Assembly (NCBI GenBank): GCA_019753235.1
Contig: JAIELF010000006.1
Span: 27,041 to 91,040 of the forward strand
Direction: 5' to 3'
Source of the DNA: a bacterium
Lineage (GTDB): Bacteria; Planctomycetota; Planctomycetia; Kolteriales; Kolteriaceae
DNA: 64,000 nucleotides
The notes below the pieces were generated by a model, which worked only from the letters and a program-made list of their open reading frames with translations, was not told where the DNA came from and searched no databases. This document shows positions 30,470 to 40,325 of this stretch, piece by piece; the stretch's first letter is position 1; each line of letters starts with the position of its first letter. The translations under genes were made by a program, and so were the position numbers.

Positions 30470-30580
30470 TAAACCATTTTGCCATATGTGTTTATCAAAA
30501 TATCCACGATCCTGGTTAGGCGTCATCCAGGCGATTTCAGCAATGCGATGAAAGTGCATTAATATACACAGTTTGCGTCG
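30470..30580. promoter_or_regulatory. AT-rich core of the 610-nt divergent intergenic region (candidate promoters for the PKS and the exporter/TE operon)
   Basis: This is locally the most AT-rich stretch around the PKS: TTGCCATATGTGTTTATCAAAATATCC and TTTCAGCAATGCGATGAAAGTGCATTAATATACA, with TAATAT at 30560-30565. The hexamers are only partial matches to sigma70 consensus, and I cannot resolve the -35/-10 pairs. Confidence 0.25.
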
Positions 30581-30904
30581 ACTTGGGGGGATGTCGAGCT
30601 TGGATGGACTTCCGATGGGCGATTCCTAGACTTGGGCATGTCATTGTCCGGGAACTAACCCGTTTTGCTGATTAAACTGTGACGCCAGCGGATGTTGGAT
30701 TCGCGGTGGTCACGGGTGGGTCTTTGGCCGAGGTTGGTCTTCTCTTAGCAGACGCCTGCAATCGAGACTCGCCCAAGGATTGACCCGACTCGACAGACGG
30801 GCTCCAAAAGCGGAGCTTTCAGCCCCGTGACTGTCGGCGGCCGAGCCCCAGGGCCGGCCTTCTCGCCCGAGAGATCAACCGAGGGATTGAGGAATTGCCC
30901 CAAT

Positions 30905-33900
30905 ATGACTCCTACCAGCCGACCTCTTGAACAGATTCCCTTCCAGAACCTCGTCGAGGTATTGCGATTCCGGGCTCAGCAGCAGCCCGAGCGGATGGCG
31001 ATCAAGTTTCTTACCGATGGGGAAGAGGCTCATACTTCTTGGACGTACGAGCAACTTCAGCGTCGCTCGATGCAGATTGCCAATCATCTTTGCCGACATG
31101 CCGAGCCTGGTGACCGGGTCTTGTTGGTCTTTCCACCAGGGCTGGACTATATCGCCGCCTTCTATGGCTGCTTGTACGCAGGGTTGATCGCGGTGCCGAC
31201 CTATGCCGCCCGATTAACTCGTTCTTCATCGAAGCTCCTGAGCGTTCTCGAAGATAGTCAGGCACGCGTCGTTCTGACGACGGCTCGGCTGATGGAAGGT
31301 CTGCCGGCCGATTTGGCCGAGGTGGTGCACGGCACCCACTGGATGGCGGTCGAAGATGTTCCAGCGTCGGCAAGTGACTCGTTCGACTGCCCCGAGATCA
31401 CTCGTGACGATGTCGCCTTTCTGCAGTACACCTCCGGTTCTACCGCAGCCCCGCGCGGCGTGATGGTGACGCATGGCAACCTGTTGCACAATCAGTCGGT
31501 GATTGCAGAGAAGTTTCAGTCCACGGCCGACTCGGTCGGTGTCATCTGGCTTCCCCCTTATCACGACATGGGCTTAATCGGTGGAATCTTGCAGCCGGTC
31601 TACAGCGGCATGCCGGTCATCTTGATGCCGCCCCTCTCTTTCATTCAGCGACCTTTCCGCTGGTTGAAAGCGATTTCCGATCACCGCGCTTCCGCCAGCG
31701 GCGGGCCTAATTTCGCGTACGACTTGTGCGTCGAACGGATATCGCCCGAGCAGCGCGCCACGCTGGATCTGAGTTCTTGGAAGGTTGCATTCAACGGGGC
31801 CGAGCCGATCCGAAGCGAGTCCCTGCATCGCTTTGCTGAGACTTTCGCCGAGTGTGGCTTTCGGCGCGAGGCGTTTTATCCCTGTTATGGCTTGGCCGAG
31901 TCGACCCTTTTGGTCACCGGTGCAGACTGCCAACAAGGCGCCATCGAAGCAACGATCGATCCGGTTCGACTCGAACAAGCCGAGGCGGTTGCCGACCATT
32001 CACCCTCCGCTCGACGATTGGTTGCCAGCGGCACCGCGGCTCGCGGCCAAAGCGTCATCATCGTCGACCGGGCGACCGGCGGTCCCGCACCCGAGGGTCG
32101 CGTCGGCGAGATTTACATCAGTGGTCCAAGCGTCGCCAAAGGGTACTGGAATCGGCCCGAAGAGACTCGCGAAACGTTTGAAGCTCGTGTGGTCGGCCAA
32201 GAGGATTTGTTTCTTCGAACCGGGGATCTTGGTTTCTTTGCGGAAGGACAGCTCTACGTCACGGGTCGGCAAAAAGATCTGATCATCGTTCGTGGATCGA
32301 ATCATTATCCGCAGGATATCGAAGCGACGGCGACGCAGAGCCACGACTCGCTCAAGGGGGGACGCGGAGCGGCTTTCTCCGTCGATGGAACGGATCAAGA
32401 GCGGCTTGTTCTCGTCCATGAAGTCACATCGCGCGATGCATCCCAGTTCGACGAGATCCTCACCGCGATCACCCGAGCGATCGCCCTCGAACATGAATTA
32501 CAGGTCTCCGAGATTGTCCTCGTTGGTCAGCACCGAGTCCCGAAAACATCGAGCGGAAAAATTCAGCGAAGGGCTTGTCGCGAACAATTCTTAAAGGGTG
32601 AACTCTCGGGCGTCCTCGCTTCTTGGAAAACAGGACAAGCACCAACGTCTCTGCGTGACAGTCGACTGTCACTGCCGGCGGGCGAGAAGTCGGACGTGCT
32701 TGGTGCGGACTTTTACCGATTCGTTCTCGATCCTGATTACTTGGTCGATAGCGCCGCCCTCTGGGAGGGAGCCGACCAGTTGTCCGGGGCCCAGACCAAC
32801 AAGTTCGTTCGCTTGGCCGAGCTATCGGATCTACGTCCCGATACGGACGTTCTCGATGTCGGGTGCGGTTGGGGCGGATTCCTCAAGTATGCCGTCGATT
32901 CCCTTGGCTCGCGGTCGGTCGTCGGATTGACCCTCTCACCCGAAGAAGCCGCTCACGCCGGCAGCCTGATGGGCCCGCGCGGGAAGGTTCTTGTTTCCTC
33001 GTGGAGCGATTTCTCGGCCGATCAATCTTTTGATTCGGTTGTCTGCGCGGGGGCGATCGAGCATTTTGTGACCCTTGCCGATCGAGCTCGCGGCGAAGCG
33101 GTCAAACGATACCGATCGTTCTTCAAACGAGCACGACGCTGGATGCGCGGCACGGGTCGGCTCGCGATCGAAACGCTGATCAGTGTTCGCCGGGCCGACT
33201 CGCCCCAGGCGTACCAGGATGTTTCGACGCTGGCCAAAATGTTCCCGCATTCGTCGATTCCATCGATTGATGATCTGCGGGACGCATGCGAGGGTCTATT
33301 TGATCTGGTCGAGTCGGATTCGATTCGACGGGACTATCAACGGACGCTGGTCGCTTGGTTGGGAAGGCTTCACGAGCATCGATCCGAGATCCTCGAAAAG
33401 TTCGGCATGGAGACATTCGAAAAGTTCGACCGATACTTCGAAGCGAGCTTGCGACAAGCGAAAGAGGGTTATGTCGATCTGATCATGCTTTCTCTCCAGC
33501 CGTTGAATGTCAGCCCCGAGATGCTCGAGGAGGATGCCGACTCCCGCGTTACGCGCTCGCCTCTATCGGCCCGCTCCGCCACTCGATCGATGGTCGAGAT
33601 TCAAGAGTGGATCACTCAATCGCTGGCCCGGAAGCTTAGAGTCGAAACAAGTGATATCGACGCTCGCCAGCCTTTCTCGACTTTCGGTCTCGATTCGCTG
33701 GCGATGGTCAGCCTGGTCGGTGAACTGGAGACTTGGCTTGAACAGTCTCTCTCGCCGACGCTGGCGTGGGACTATCCTTCAATTGAGACGTTGTCGGCAT
33801 TCCTGGCCGGCGAGACGACCGGCGATCGGCAAAGCGAAGAGCCGGCCGCCTTGGCTGAGCCAATCGCGATCATCGGGATGGGATGTCGTTTCCCTGGAGC

Positions 33901-36900
33901 CCATTCGCTCGACGAGTACTGGAATCTCATGATGGATCGCGTCGATGCGATTCAAGAGATCCCCAAGGATCGATGGAACATCGACGAGTACTTTGACAAA
34001 GACCCTGATTCGCCTGGAAAAATGGTGACGCGATGGGGAGGATTCGTCGATCGAATCGATCAGTTTGATCCCCAGTTCTTCGGCATCTCGCCGCGCGAAG
34101 CGGCTCGGATGGATCCGCAGCAGCGAATGCTTTTGGAGACAACGTGGGAGGCTCTGGAACATGCCGGCCTCCCTTCCGATCGAGTTGCCGGGTCGAGAAC
34201 AGGAGTCTTCGTCGGCATCGGTGGCACCGACTACTCTCAGCTTTATCGACGATTTGACAACCCGACGGAGTACCTTGATGCCTACTGCGGGACGGGCAAC
34301 GCGCTGAGCATTGCGGCCAATCGGCTCTCGTACATTTTCGATCTGCGCGGACCAAGCCTGTCGGTCGATACAGCTTGTTCGTCGGCGCTTGTGGCGATTC
34401 ACTATGCCGCCCAGAGTCTTCGCCAACGCGATTGCGACATGGCCATTGCCGGCGGCGTCAATGCGATTCTGACCCCGGAAGTGACCATCGCCTTTTCCAA
34501 AGCGCGGATGCTTTCGCCCGATGGTCGATGCAAAACTTTCGATGCGGACGCCAATGGTTACGTTCGCGGCGAAGGTTGCGGCGTCGTGATTTTTAAACGA
34601 TTGGCCGATGCGGTTCGCGATGGGGATCCTGTCTTAGCCATCCTTCGGTCGACTGCAGTTAATCAGGACGGCAAGACGACCGGAATCACGGCCCCCAACG
34701 GCCCCGCTCAGAAGGAATGTGTCCGGACTGCTCTGGAACAGGCCGGCGTCAAGGCCAACGAACTGACCTACATCGAGGCACATGGCACGGGAACGCCGCT
34801 GGGCGATCCGATCGAAGTCAATGCTTTGCGTGATGTCGTTGCGGGTCGACCCGAATCGGAACCGGTCTGCTATCTCGGCTCGATCAAGGCGAACATCGGT
34901 CACCTGGAGACCGCTTCGGGTGTGGCCGGCTTGATTCGCGTGGTCCTGATGATGAAGCATGGCATCATTCCGCCTCAAAGAAACTTTCAGAAGCTGAACC
35001 CGCACATCAAGCTAGAGGGTTCGCCGCTGCGAATCACGACCGAGCCGGTTCGTTGGACTGGTTTGGCCGATCATCGTCGATTCGCGGGCGTGAGCGGTTT
35101 TGGATTCGGCGGAACCAATGCACATCTGATTCTCGAAGCTCCTCGGTTCTCGGCTGACCTCGAAGAGAATGAGAACGAGATTCCCGAGCGACCTCAGCAT
35201 GTCGTCGTTTGGTCGGCCCAGTCGGAAAATGCTCTTCGCGACTATGCAGCGAACTTTCTGGCCCTCCTAGATGCTCAGCCGGAAGCGACCGCCGCCGACT
35301 GGGCTTGGTCGACTGCTCGACTCCGGACGCCGTTCGATTTTCGCGCGACCGCGATCGTCGAATCGATCAACGACTTACGGGACCAATGGACGAGCTTCGT
35401 CGAGACGGGTCGGTCGCCGAATGTGGTGACCGGGCCGGTTCGCGTTCGATCGAAGCCCAAGATGGCGATGCTCTTTACGGGTCAGGGATCTCAATATGCC
35501 GGCATGGCCAAAGATCTCTTTGAGACTGAGCCGGTCTTTCGGTCGTATCTAGAAGAATCGGCTCGACTGCTGGCGGGTCGACTTCCTCGTCCACTTCTCG
35601 ATGTTCTTTTTGATGCCGACAGCAACGATGTGAATGAGACCACGTACACCCAGCCGGCGCTGTTTGCGGTCGAGTATAGTCTCGCCAAGTTATGGCAAAG
35701 CTGGGGAATCGAGCCGACAAGCTTGCTGGGACACAGTGTTGGAGAGATTGCCGCCGCCACCTTTGCCGAGGTGATGTCGCTGGAGGATGGCTTAGCGCTG
35801 ATTGCCAAGCGGGCAGAGTTGATGGGCAAGCTTCCGACGGGCGGCAAGATGGCCGTCATCTTTGCCAGCGAGGCCGATGTCCTCCGGTCGATCGCTGCCT
35901 TGAATGAAGGCGAACCGAGAAGGGGCTCTGCCAGGGTCGATATCGCTGCCATCAATGGACCCGAGAACACGGTGGTGTCGGGGCCCGAACAGGCCGTTGA
36001 TGAATTGCTCGCGCGGTTCGCCGAGGGAGATGTTCGGACGCAAGAACTGGTTGTTTCGCACGCGTTCCATTCATCGTTGCTCGAGCCGATGCTCGATGAG
36101 TTTGAACGATTTGCCCAAACGATCTCCTATCGTCCGGCGCGGATTCCGCTGGTTTCGAATGTCACCGGAGCGTTTTTCGCGGAGGGAGAAGCCCCTGATG
36201 CTCGGTATTGGCGGCGTCATGCTCGCGGCGCGGTTCGATTTGCGGATGGGATGTTGGCCCTTTCGAAATCGCGCGTCGATGTCTATCTAGAAGTCGGTCC
36301 GCATCCGAGCTTGGTGGCGATGGGACGTCGCTGTGTCAAGCCGGGCAAGCAACTCTGGTGTGGCTCTCTTCGGCGGGGTTCGGTCGATTCAACCGTGATG
36401 GCCCAGACCATCTCGAGTCTCTTTATCCATGGCACGCCGATCGATGTTGCCCGGCGAGATGCCGGTCGCCCGCGCCGCCGGCTCGAGCTTCCGACCTATC
36501 CATTCCAGCGACAACGATTTTGGATGGAAGAGGATGCCGACAAGAAGTCGACTCGTTGGCTGGCAACCAGCGATGCGACGGCGCATCCTCTCTTGGGTTC
36601 GCCTGTTCCTCTCGCGATGGCGACCCATGTCTTTGCCGGGGAACTCAGCACGCGCCGGGTTCCGTCGCTGGCGCATCACGTGGTGCAAGGGTCGATTGTG
36701 TTACCGGGCGCTGCCTATCTCGAAACCGCATTGGCCGCAGCGCACGCTGTCTTCGGGCCAGGCGTTCATCGTGTCGAGAATATCAATTTTCAGCAGGCTC
36801 TTTTTCTTCCGGAAGGCCGGCGTCAGGCCATTCAGGTTGTTGTTTCGCCGGAAGTCGCTGGTACCAGTACGTTCCAGTTCCTGAGTCTGCCCGCGGATGC

Positions 36901-39900
36901 ACCGGCGGGGACTTCATGGACCACGCACTCGGCCGGTGTTCTCGCGCGGGTAACCAGTGCCGACCCGGTGCAGGCGGTCCGCGAGATCCCGACCCATGTT
37001 CGCGATGAGGTCGACATCTATCACGATCGAGCCGACCTCTACACCAAACTTCGTGATCGCGGCATGGAGTACGGCGAGCTCTTTCAAGTCTCGCAGGAAA
37101 TCTGGAAAAAAGGGCAGGAGACACTTTCGCGGCTGGCACTCCCCGAGGCTTTGAAGGATGAGTTGACGAAGTTCCAACTCCACCCGGCGATCATGGATGC
37201 ATGCATTCAGATGCTGGGAGCAACCATCCCAGAAGAACTCGTCGCCAGCGGTACCGGCGAAACTTACCTTCCCACGGGTGTCGCGCAGCTTCGGCTTTTC
37301 TCCTCGCCGCAGCCCCAGATGTGGGTCCACGCGAAGCTTCACACCGATTTTGCCAAAGAAGGCCTTCGGCTCGCGCAGGGAGATATCTATCTTCTCGACG
37401 ATGCCGGTCGAGTCATCGCGGAGTTCCTAGGCGTCACCCTGACAAGAATCGGCGCTCGCCACAGTGGTGCCGAGGTCCACACCTCGGAGCAGTGGGTTCA
37501 TTCGGTCGTTTGGAATGAGAGCTCGCTGGCGGGTGATCAAGAATTATCGCGCGGGCCGTGGGTTCTGCTCGGCGATAATCAAGGGGTGACGATGTCGATG
37601 GCGTCGCTCCTGTCGCAGCGTGGAATCAAGCCGATCGTCGCGGTCCCAGGCCGTGAGTTTGCCCGAACCAACTCAGGCTACCGACTTCGCTGGAATAACC
37701 CGGCCGACTACCGCAAGCTGGTCGAAGCGGTCGGACCATCTCGGTTTGTCCATGCCTGGAGCTTGCGATCCGACCGAGGCGCTACCAAGCAAGAGGAGGT
37801 CCGTTCGTCGACGCTCAGTCTGCTGTATTTAGTGCAAGCAATCGATCAACCGACCAGCGAGCTCTTTGTGGTCACGCGCGGTTCGCAGTCTGTTCTTATC
37901 GAGGATGACACGGACCCGGCCGCGACGGCAGTCTGGGGTTTGGCCCGTGTTGTTGCCAATGAACGGCTCGACTTGCCGACGAGACTCATCGATCTCGATC
38001 CGGCCGCCGACGAAGGAGTCAATGCATCATCGCTGCTCGCGGAACTGGGCAGTAACGCCGGCGAGCGAGAGGTTTCTTATCGCGGCGAACAGCGCCGAGT
38101 TCCTCGACTTCGACGTGAAGGTTCTTTGATTCGTCAGGATGCGAAGGAAGAGAACCGTTCGCATACCACGCTCCCCGCGTCGGGCGCGTATCGGCTCGAA
38201 GTCGGTGCCACGCCGACGTTGGATCGACTGGCCTATCGATCGTTTGCGCGCTCGGCACCGGGGGAAGGGGAGATCGAGATCGAAGTTGCCGCCACGGGTT
38301 TGAACTTCTCCGACGTTCTGAAAGCCATGGGGCTTTATCCCGGCCTGAAGCCCGGCGCGGTGCCGATCGGCATCGAATGTTCTGGTCGAGTCGTGGCGAA
38401 GAGCCCCACGGTGAAGGAGTTCGAGATTGGCGACGAAGTGGTCGGCATCGCTCCCTTTAGCTTCGCCAGTCACACGACCACAAGCGCGATGGGTGTTGTT
38501 CGAAAGCCTGCGTCCATCTCGCATGAGGAAGCCGCCGCGGTGCCAATCGCGTACTTGACGGCTCATTATGCCCTTCGTTGGCTGGCTCGGGTGGAACCAG
38601 GCGAAAGAGTTCTCATTCACGCAGCCGCCGGCGGCGTCGGATTGGCGGCAATTCAGATTTGCCAAGCCATCGGTGCCGAAGTCTTCGCCACCGCGGGGAG
38701 CGACGAGAAGCGTGATTATCTCCGGTCGCTTGGGGTCAAGCATATCTTCAACTCGCGTTCGCTGGATTTTGCCGACCAGATTCGCGAGGTGACGCAGGGC
38801 AAGGGGGTCGATGTTGTTCTGAACTCTTTGCCGGGCGAGGCCATCACGAAGAGCATCGAATCGCTGGGGGCCTACGGTCGTTTCCTAGAGATCGGCAAGA
38901 CCGACATCTACCAGAATAAAGCGATCGGGCTCTATCCATTCCAAAATAACTTGTCGTACTTTGCCATCGATCTCGACAAGATGATGCGAGAAAAGCCGAC
39001 GCAAGTACGAAAGATGTTCCTCGAGGTCGTCGATCTCTTCGACCGCGGAATGTATCGGCCATTGCCCATGACGACGTTTGCAGCCGAGCAAACATCCTCG
39101 GCTTTCCGCTACATGGCACAGCGAAAAAATATCGGCAAGGTCGTTGTCTCCTACGCTCGGTCGACTTCCTCGCCCGAAGCTGCCGGCATGATACGTGCCG
39201 ACGGTGCCTACTGGATTACCGGGGGATTGGGGGCGCTGGGTCTAGAGATTGCCCAATGGCTCAGCCAACTCGGCGCTCGGCAACTCGTCCTCTTTGGACG
39301 GTCGGCACCCAGTCCATCGGCCGAGGAAGTGCTCGCTCGGCTTCGGCGTGATGGTGTCCAATCGACGATCGTGATGGCTGATGTTGGGGACCGCGAGTCG
39401 CTGCAGCAATCGGTCGCGAAGCTCCCGTCGCTGTTGGCTCGGCCGATCGGCGTATTCCATGTCGCTGGTGTGCTGGATGATGGTGTCCTCGCGCAGCAGA
39501 ACCGCGATCGATTCGAGAAGGTCCTTCGGTCTAAAGTCGACGGAGGCTGGAATCTTCACGAGATTACGCTCGATGCTCCGCTCGATCACTTTGTTCTCTT
39601 CTCTTCGGTCGCGAGCCTGCTCGGTTCGCCGGGCCAGGCGAACTACGCTGCTGGCAACGCCTTCCTGGATGGATTGGCCCAGCATCGTCGATCGATGGGT
39701 TTGCCAGCCTTGTCCATCAACTGGGGCCCCTGGGCCGAGGTGGGCATGGCTGCTCGATTAGGCGAGGACAAACTGACCGCTCGCGGCATCGCGCCGATGA
39801 AACCAGCTCAAGCGATCGAAGTCCTTGAGAAACTTCTCGAAACGTTTGCGACGCAGGTGACGGTGGCCGATATCGATTGGCCCACGATGCTGGCTCTCTA

Positions 39901-40297
39901 TCCCGACGGTCCGCCGGCCATGTTTTCGGAATTGGCGGGACAAGCCAGCAAGAAAGCCGAGGGAGATGACGAGCTTCGTCAACGACTTCTCGATACCCCT
40001 CACGAGGATCGTCTCGAAATGCTGCAGAGCTATTTCGTCGATCAGATCGCGCGGGTGATGGAACTCGATGCTGCCCGCATCAATCCCGAGCAGCCGATGA
40101 ACACGCTCGGTTTGGATTCATTGATGGCGATCGAACTGAAGAATGGAATCGAGTCTAGCCTCGGGGTGAATATCCCCATGGCCAAGTTCCTGGAAGGGCC
40201 CAGTGCTCACCAGTTGTCGAGGATCGTGCTTGAACTGATGACGGCGAGAATGCCCGCGCCGGGTTCCGATTCCGCCGGCGGCGGGAACGAAAAGTAA
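30905..40297 (+). CDS. type I polyketide synthase, single fully reducing module with FAAL loading: FAAL-CMAS(MT)-ACP-KS-AT-DH-ER-KR-ACP
   Basis: 3130 aa from ATG 30905 (the ORF opens at GTG 30827). Domains by motif, approximate nt coordinates: FAAL 30941-32606 (FLQYTSGSTAAPRGVMVTHGNL, YHDMGLI, GGPNFAYDL, TSSGKIQR). CMAS-family MTase 32702-33502 (VLDVGCGWGG, VVGLTLSPEE, GAIEHF, DYQRTLVAWL). ACP1 33590-33814 (FGLDSLA, Ser codon 33695-33697). KS 33857-35144 (DTACSS with Cys codon 34376-34378, EAHGTGT, NIGHLE). AT 35462-36523 (GHSVGE with Ser codon 35735-35737, HAFH 36059-36070). DH 36581-37453 (HPLLGSPVP, DACIQ). Linker/pseudo-KR about 37500-38170. ER 38187-39156 (HAAAGGVG). KR 39197-39760 (TGGLGALG, LDD, YAAGN). 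ACP2 40004-40240 (LGLDSLM, Ser codon 40118-40120). There is no TE/R/C domain after ACP2. Confidence 0.97.
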   Translation: MTPTSRPLEQIPFQNLVEVLRFRAQQQPERMAIKFLTDGEEAHTSWTYEQLQRRSMQIANHLCRHAEPGDRVLLVFPPGLDYIAAFYGCLYAGLIAVPTYAARLTRSSSKLLSVLEDSQARVVLTTARLMEGLPADLAEVVHGTHWMAVEDVPASASDSFDCPEITRDDVAFLQYTSGSTAAPRGVMVTHGNLLHNQSVIAEKFQSTADSVGVIWLPPYHDMGLIGGILQPVYSGMPVILMPPLSFIQRPFRWLKAISDHRASASGGPNFAYDLCVERISPEQRATLDLSSWKVAFNGAEPIRSESLHRFAETFAECGFRREAFYPCYGLAESTLLVTGADCQQGAIEATIDPVRLEQAEAVADHSPSARRLVASGTAARGQSVIIVDRATGGPAPEGRVGEIYISGPSVAKGYWNRPEETRETFEARVVGQEDLFLRTGDLGFFAEGQLYVTGRQKDLIIVRGSNHYPQDIEATATQSHDSLKGGRGAAFSVDGTDQERLVLVHEVTSRDASQFDEILTAITRAIALEHELQVSEIVLVGQHRVPKTSSGKIQRRACREQFLKGELSGVLASWKTGQAPTSLRDSRLSLPAGEKSDVLGADFYRFVLDPDYLVDSAALWEGADQLSGAQTNKFVRLAELSDLRPDTDVLDVGCGWGGFLKYAVDSLGSRSVVGLTLSPEEAAHAGSLMGPRGKVLVSSWSDFSADQSFDSVVCAGAIEHFVTLADRARGEAVKRYRSFFKRARRWMRGTGRLAIETLISVRRADSPQAYQDVSTLAKMFPHSSIPSIDDLRDACEGLFDLVESDSIRRDYQRTLVAWLGRLHEHRSEILEKFGMETFEKFDRYFEASLRQAKEGYVDLIMLSLQPLNVSPEMLEEDADSRVTRSPLSARSATRSMVEIQEWITQSLARKLRVETSDIDARQPFSTFGLDSLAMVSLVGELETWLEQSLSPTLAWDYPSIETLSAFLAGETTGDRQSEEPAALAEPIAIIGMGCRFPGAHSLDEYWNLMMDRVDAIQEIPKDRWNIDEYFDKDPDSPGKMVTRWGGFVDRIDQFDPQFFGISPREAARMDPQQRMLLETTWEALEHAGLPSDRVAGSRTGVFVGIGGTDYSQLYRRFDNPTEYLDAYCGTGNALSIAANRLSYIFDLRGPSLSVDTACSSALVAIHYAAQSLRQRDCDMAIAGGVNAILTPEVTIAFSKARMLSPDGRCKTFDADANGYVRGEGCGVVIFKRLADAVRDGDPVLAILRSTAVNQDGKTTGITAPNGPAQKECVRTALEQAGVKANELTYIEAHGTGTPLGDPIEVNALRDVVAGRPESEPVCYLGSIKANIGHLETASGVAGLIRVVLMMKHGIIPPQRNFQKLNPHIKLEGSPLRITTEPVRWTGLADHRRFAGVSGFGFGGTNAHLILEAPRFSADLEENENEIPERPQHVVVWSAQSENALRDYAANFLALLDAQPEATAADWAWSTARLRTPFDFRATAIVESINDLRDQWTSFVETGRSPNVVTGPVRVRSKPKMAMLFTGQGSQYAGMAKDLFETEPVFRSYLEESARLLAGRLPRPLLDVLFDADSNDVNETTYTQPALFAVEYSLAKLWQSWGIEPTSLLGHSVGEIAAATFAEVMSLEDGLALIAKRAELMGKLPTGGKMAVIFASEADVLRSIAALNEGEPRRGSARVDIAAINGPENTVVSGPEQAVDELLARFAEGDVRTQELVVSHAFHSSLLEPMLDEFERFAQTISYRPARIPLVSNVTGAFFAEGEAPDARYWRRHARGAVRFADGMLALSKSRVDVYLEVGPHPSLVAMGRRCVKPGKQLWCGSLRRGSVDSTVMAQTISSLFIHGTPIDVARRDAGRPRRRLELPTYPFQRQRFWMEEDADKKSTRWLATSDATAHPLLGSPVPLAMATHVFAGELSTRRVPSLAHHVVQGSIVLPGAAYLETALAAAHAVFGPGVHRVENINFQQALFLPEGRRQAIQVVVSPEVAGTSTFQFLSLPADAPAGTSWTTHSAGVLARVTSADPVQAVREIPTHVRDEVDIYHDRADLYTKLRDRGMEYGELFQVSQEIWKKGQETLSRLALPEALKDELTKFQLHPAIMDACIQMLGATIPEELVASGTGETYLPTGVAQLRLFSSPQPQMWVHAKLHTDFAKEGLRLAQGDIYLLDDAGRVIAEFLGVTLTRIGARHSGAEVHTSEQWVHSVVWNESSLAGDQELSRGPWVLLGDNQGVTMSMASLLSQRGIKPIVAVPGREFARTNSGYRLRWNNPADYRKLVEAVGPSRFVHAWSLRSDRGATKQEEVRSSTLSLLYLVQAIDQPTSELFVVTRGSQSVLIEDDTDPAATAVWGLARVVANERLDLPTRLIDLDPAADEGVNASSLLAELGSNAGEREVSYRGEQRRVPRLRREGSLIRQDAKEENRSHTTLPASGAYRLEVGATPTLDRLAYRSFARSAPGEGEIEIEVAATGLNFSDVLKAMGLYPGLKPGAVPIGIECSGRVVAKSPTVKEFEIGDEVVGIAPFSFASHTTTSAMGVVRKPASISHEEAAAVPIAYLTAHYALRWLARVEPGERVLIHAAAGGVGLAAIQICQAIGAEVFATAGSDEKRDYLRSLGVKHIFNSRSLDFADQIREVTQGKGVDVVLNSLPGEAITKSIESLGAYGRFLEIGKTDIYQNKAIGLYPFQNNLSYFAIDLDKMMREKPTQVRKMFLEVVDLFDRGMYRPLPMTTFAAEQTSSAFRYMAQRKNIGKVVVSYARSTSSPEAAGMIRADGAYWITGGLGALGLEIAQWLSQLGARQLVLFGRSAPSPSAEEVLARLRRDGVQSTIVMADVGDRESLQQSVAKLPSLLARPIGVFHVAGVLDDGVLAQQNRDRFEKVLRSKVDGGWNLHEITLDAPLDHFVLFSSVASLLGSPGQANYAAGNAFLDGLAQHRRSMGLPALSINWGPWAEVGMAARLGEDKLTARGIAPMKPAQAIEVLEKLLETFATQVTVADIDWPTMLALYPDGPPAMFSELAGQASKKAEGDDELRQRLLDTPHEDRLEMLQSYFVDQIARVMELDAARINPEQPMNTLGLDSLMAIELKNGIESSLGVNIPMAKFLEGPSAHQLSRIVLELMTARMPAPGSDSAGGGNEK
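32702..33502 (+). other. CMAS-family (cyclopropane-fatty-acyl / mycolic acid synthase-like) SAM methyltransferase domain embedded in the PKS
   Basis: DVLDVGCGWGGFLKY (SAM motif I as in CFA synthases), VVGLTLSPEE, FDSVVCAGAIEHF, GRLAIETLI, MFPHSSIPSIDDL, RRDYQRTLVAWLGRL, FDRYFEASL. The order and spacing follow E. coli Cfa and mycobacterial CmaA-type enzymes (PF02353, from memory). Confidence 0.8.
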
Positions 40298-40325
40298 GGC
40301 GACACCTCTCTGGCAAGAAACAGAT

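Noticed and set aside
30827-30904. GTG-initiated 26-codon extension of the PKS
   Set aside because: FAAL homology starts after ATG 30905, and the extension is G/P/R-rich. It is kept only as an alternative start.
30875-40003. Many 60-240-aa ORFs on both strands inside the PKS gene (e.g. 33779-34426 minus, 38027-38743 minus, 36208-37008 plus)
   Set aside because: They lie within a continuous 3130-codon frame that has recognisable domains throughout. Their R/P/G/S-rich composition is typical of non-coding frames in GC-rich DNA.
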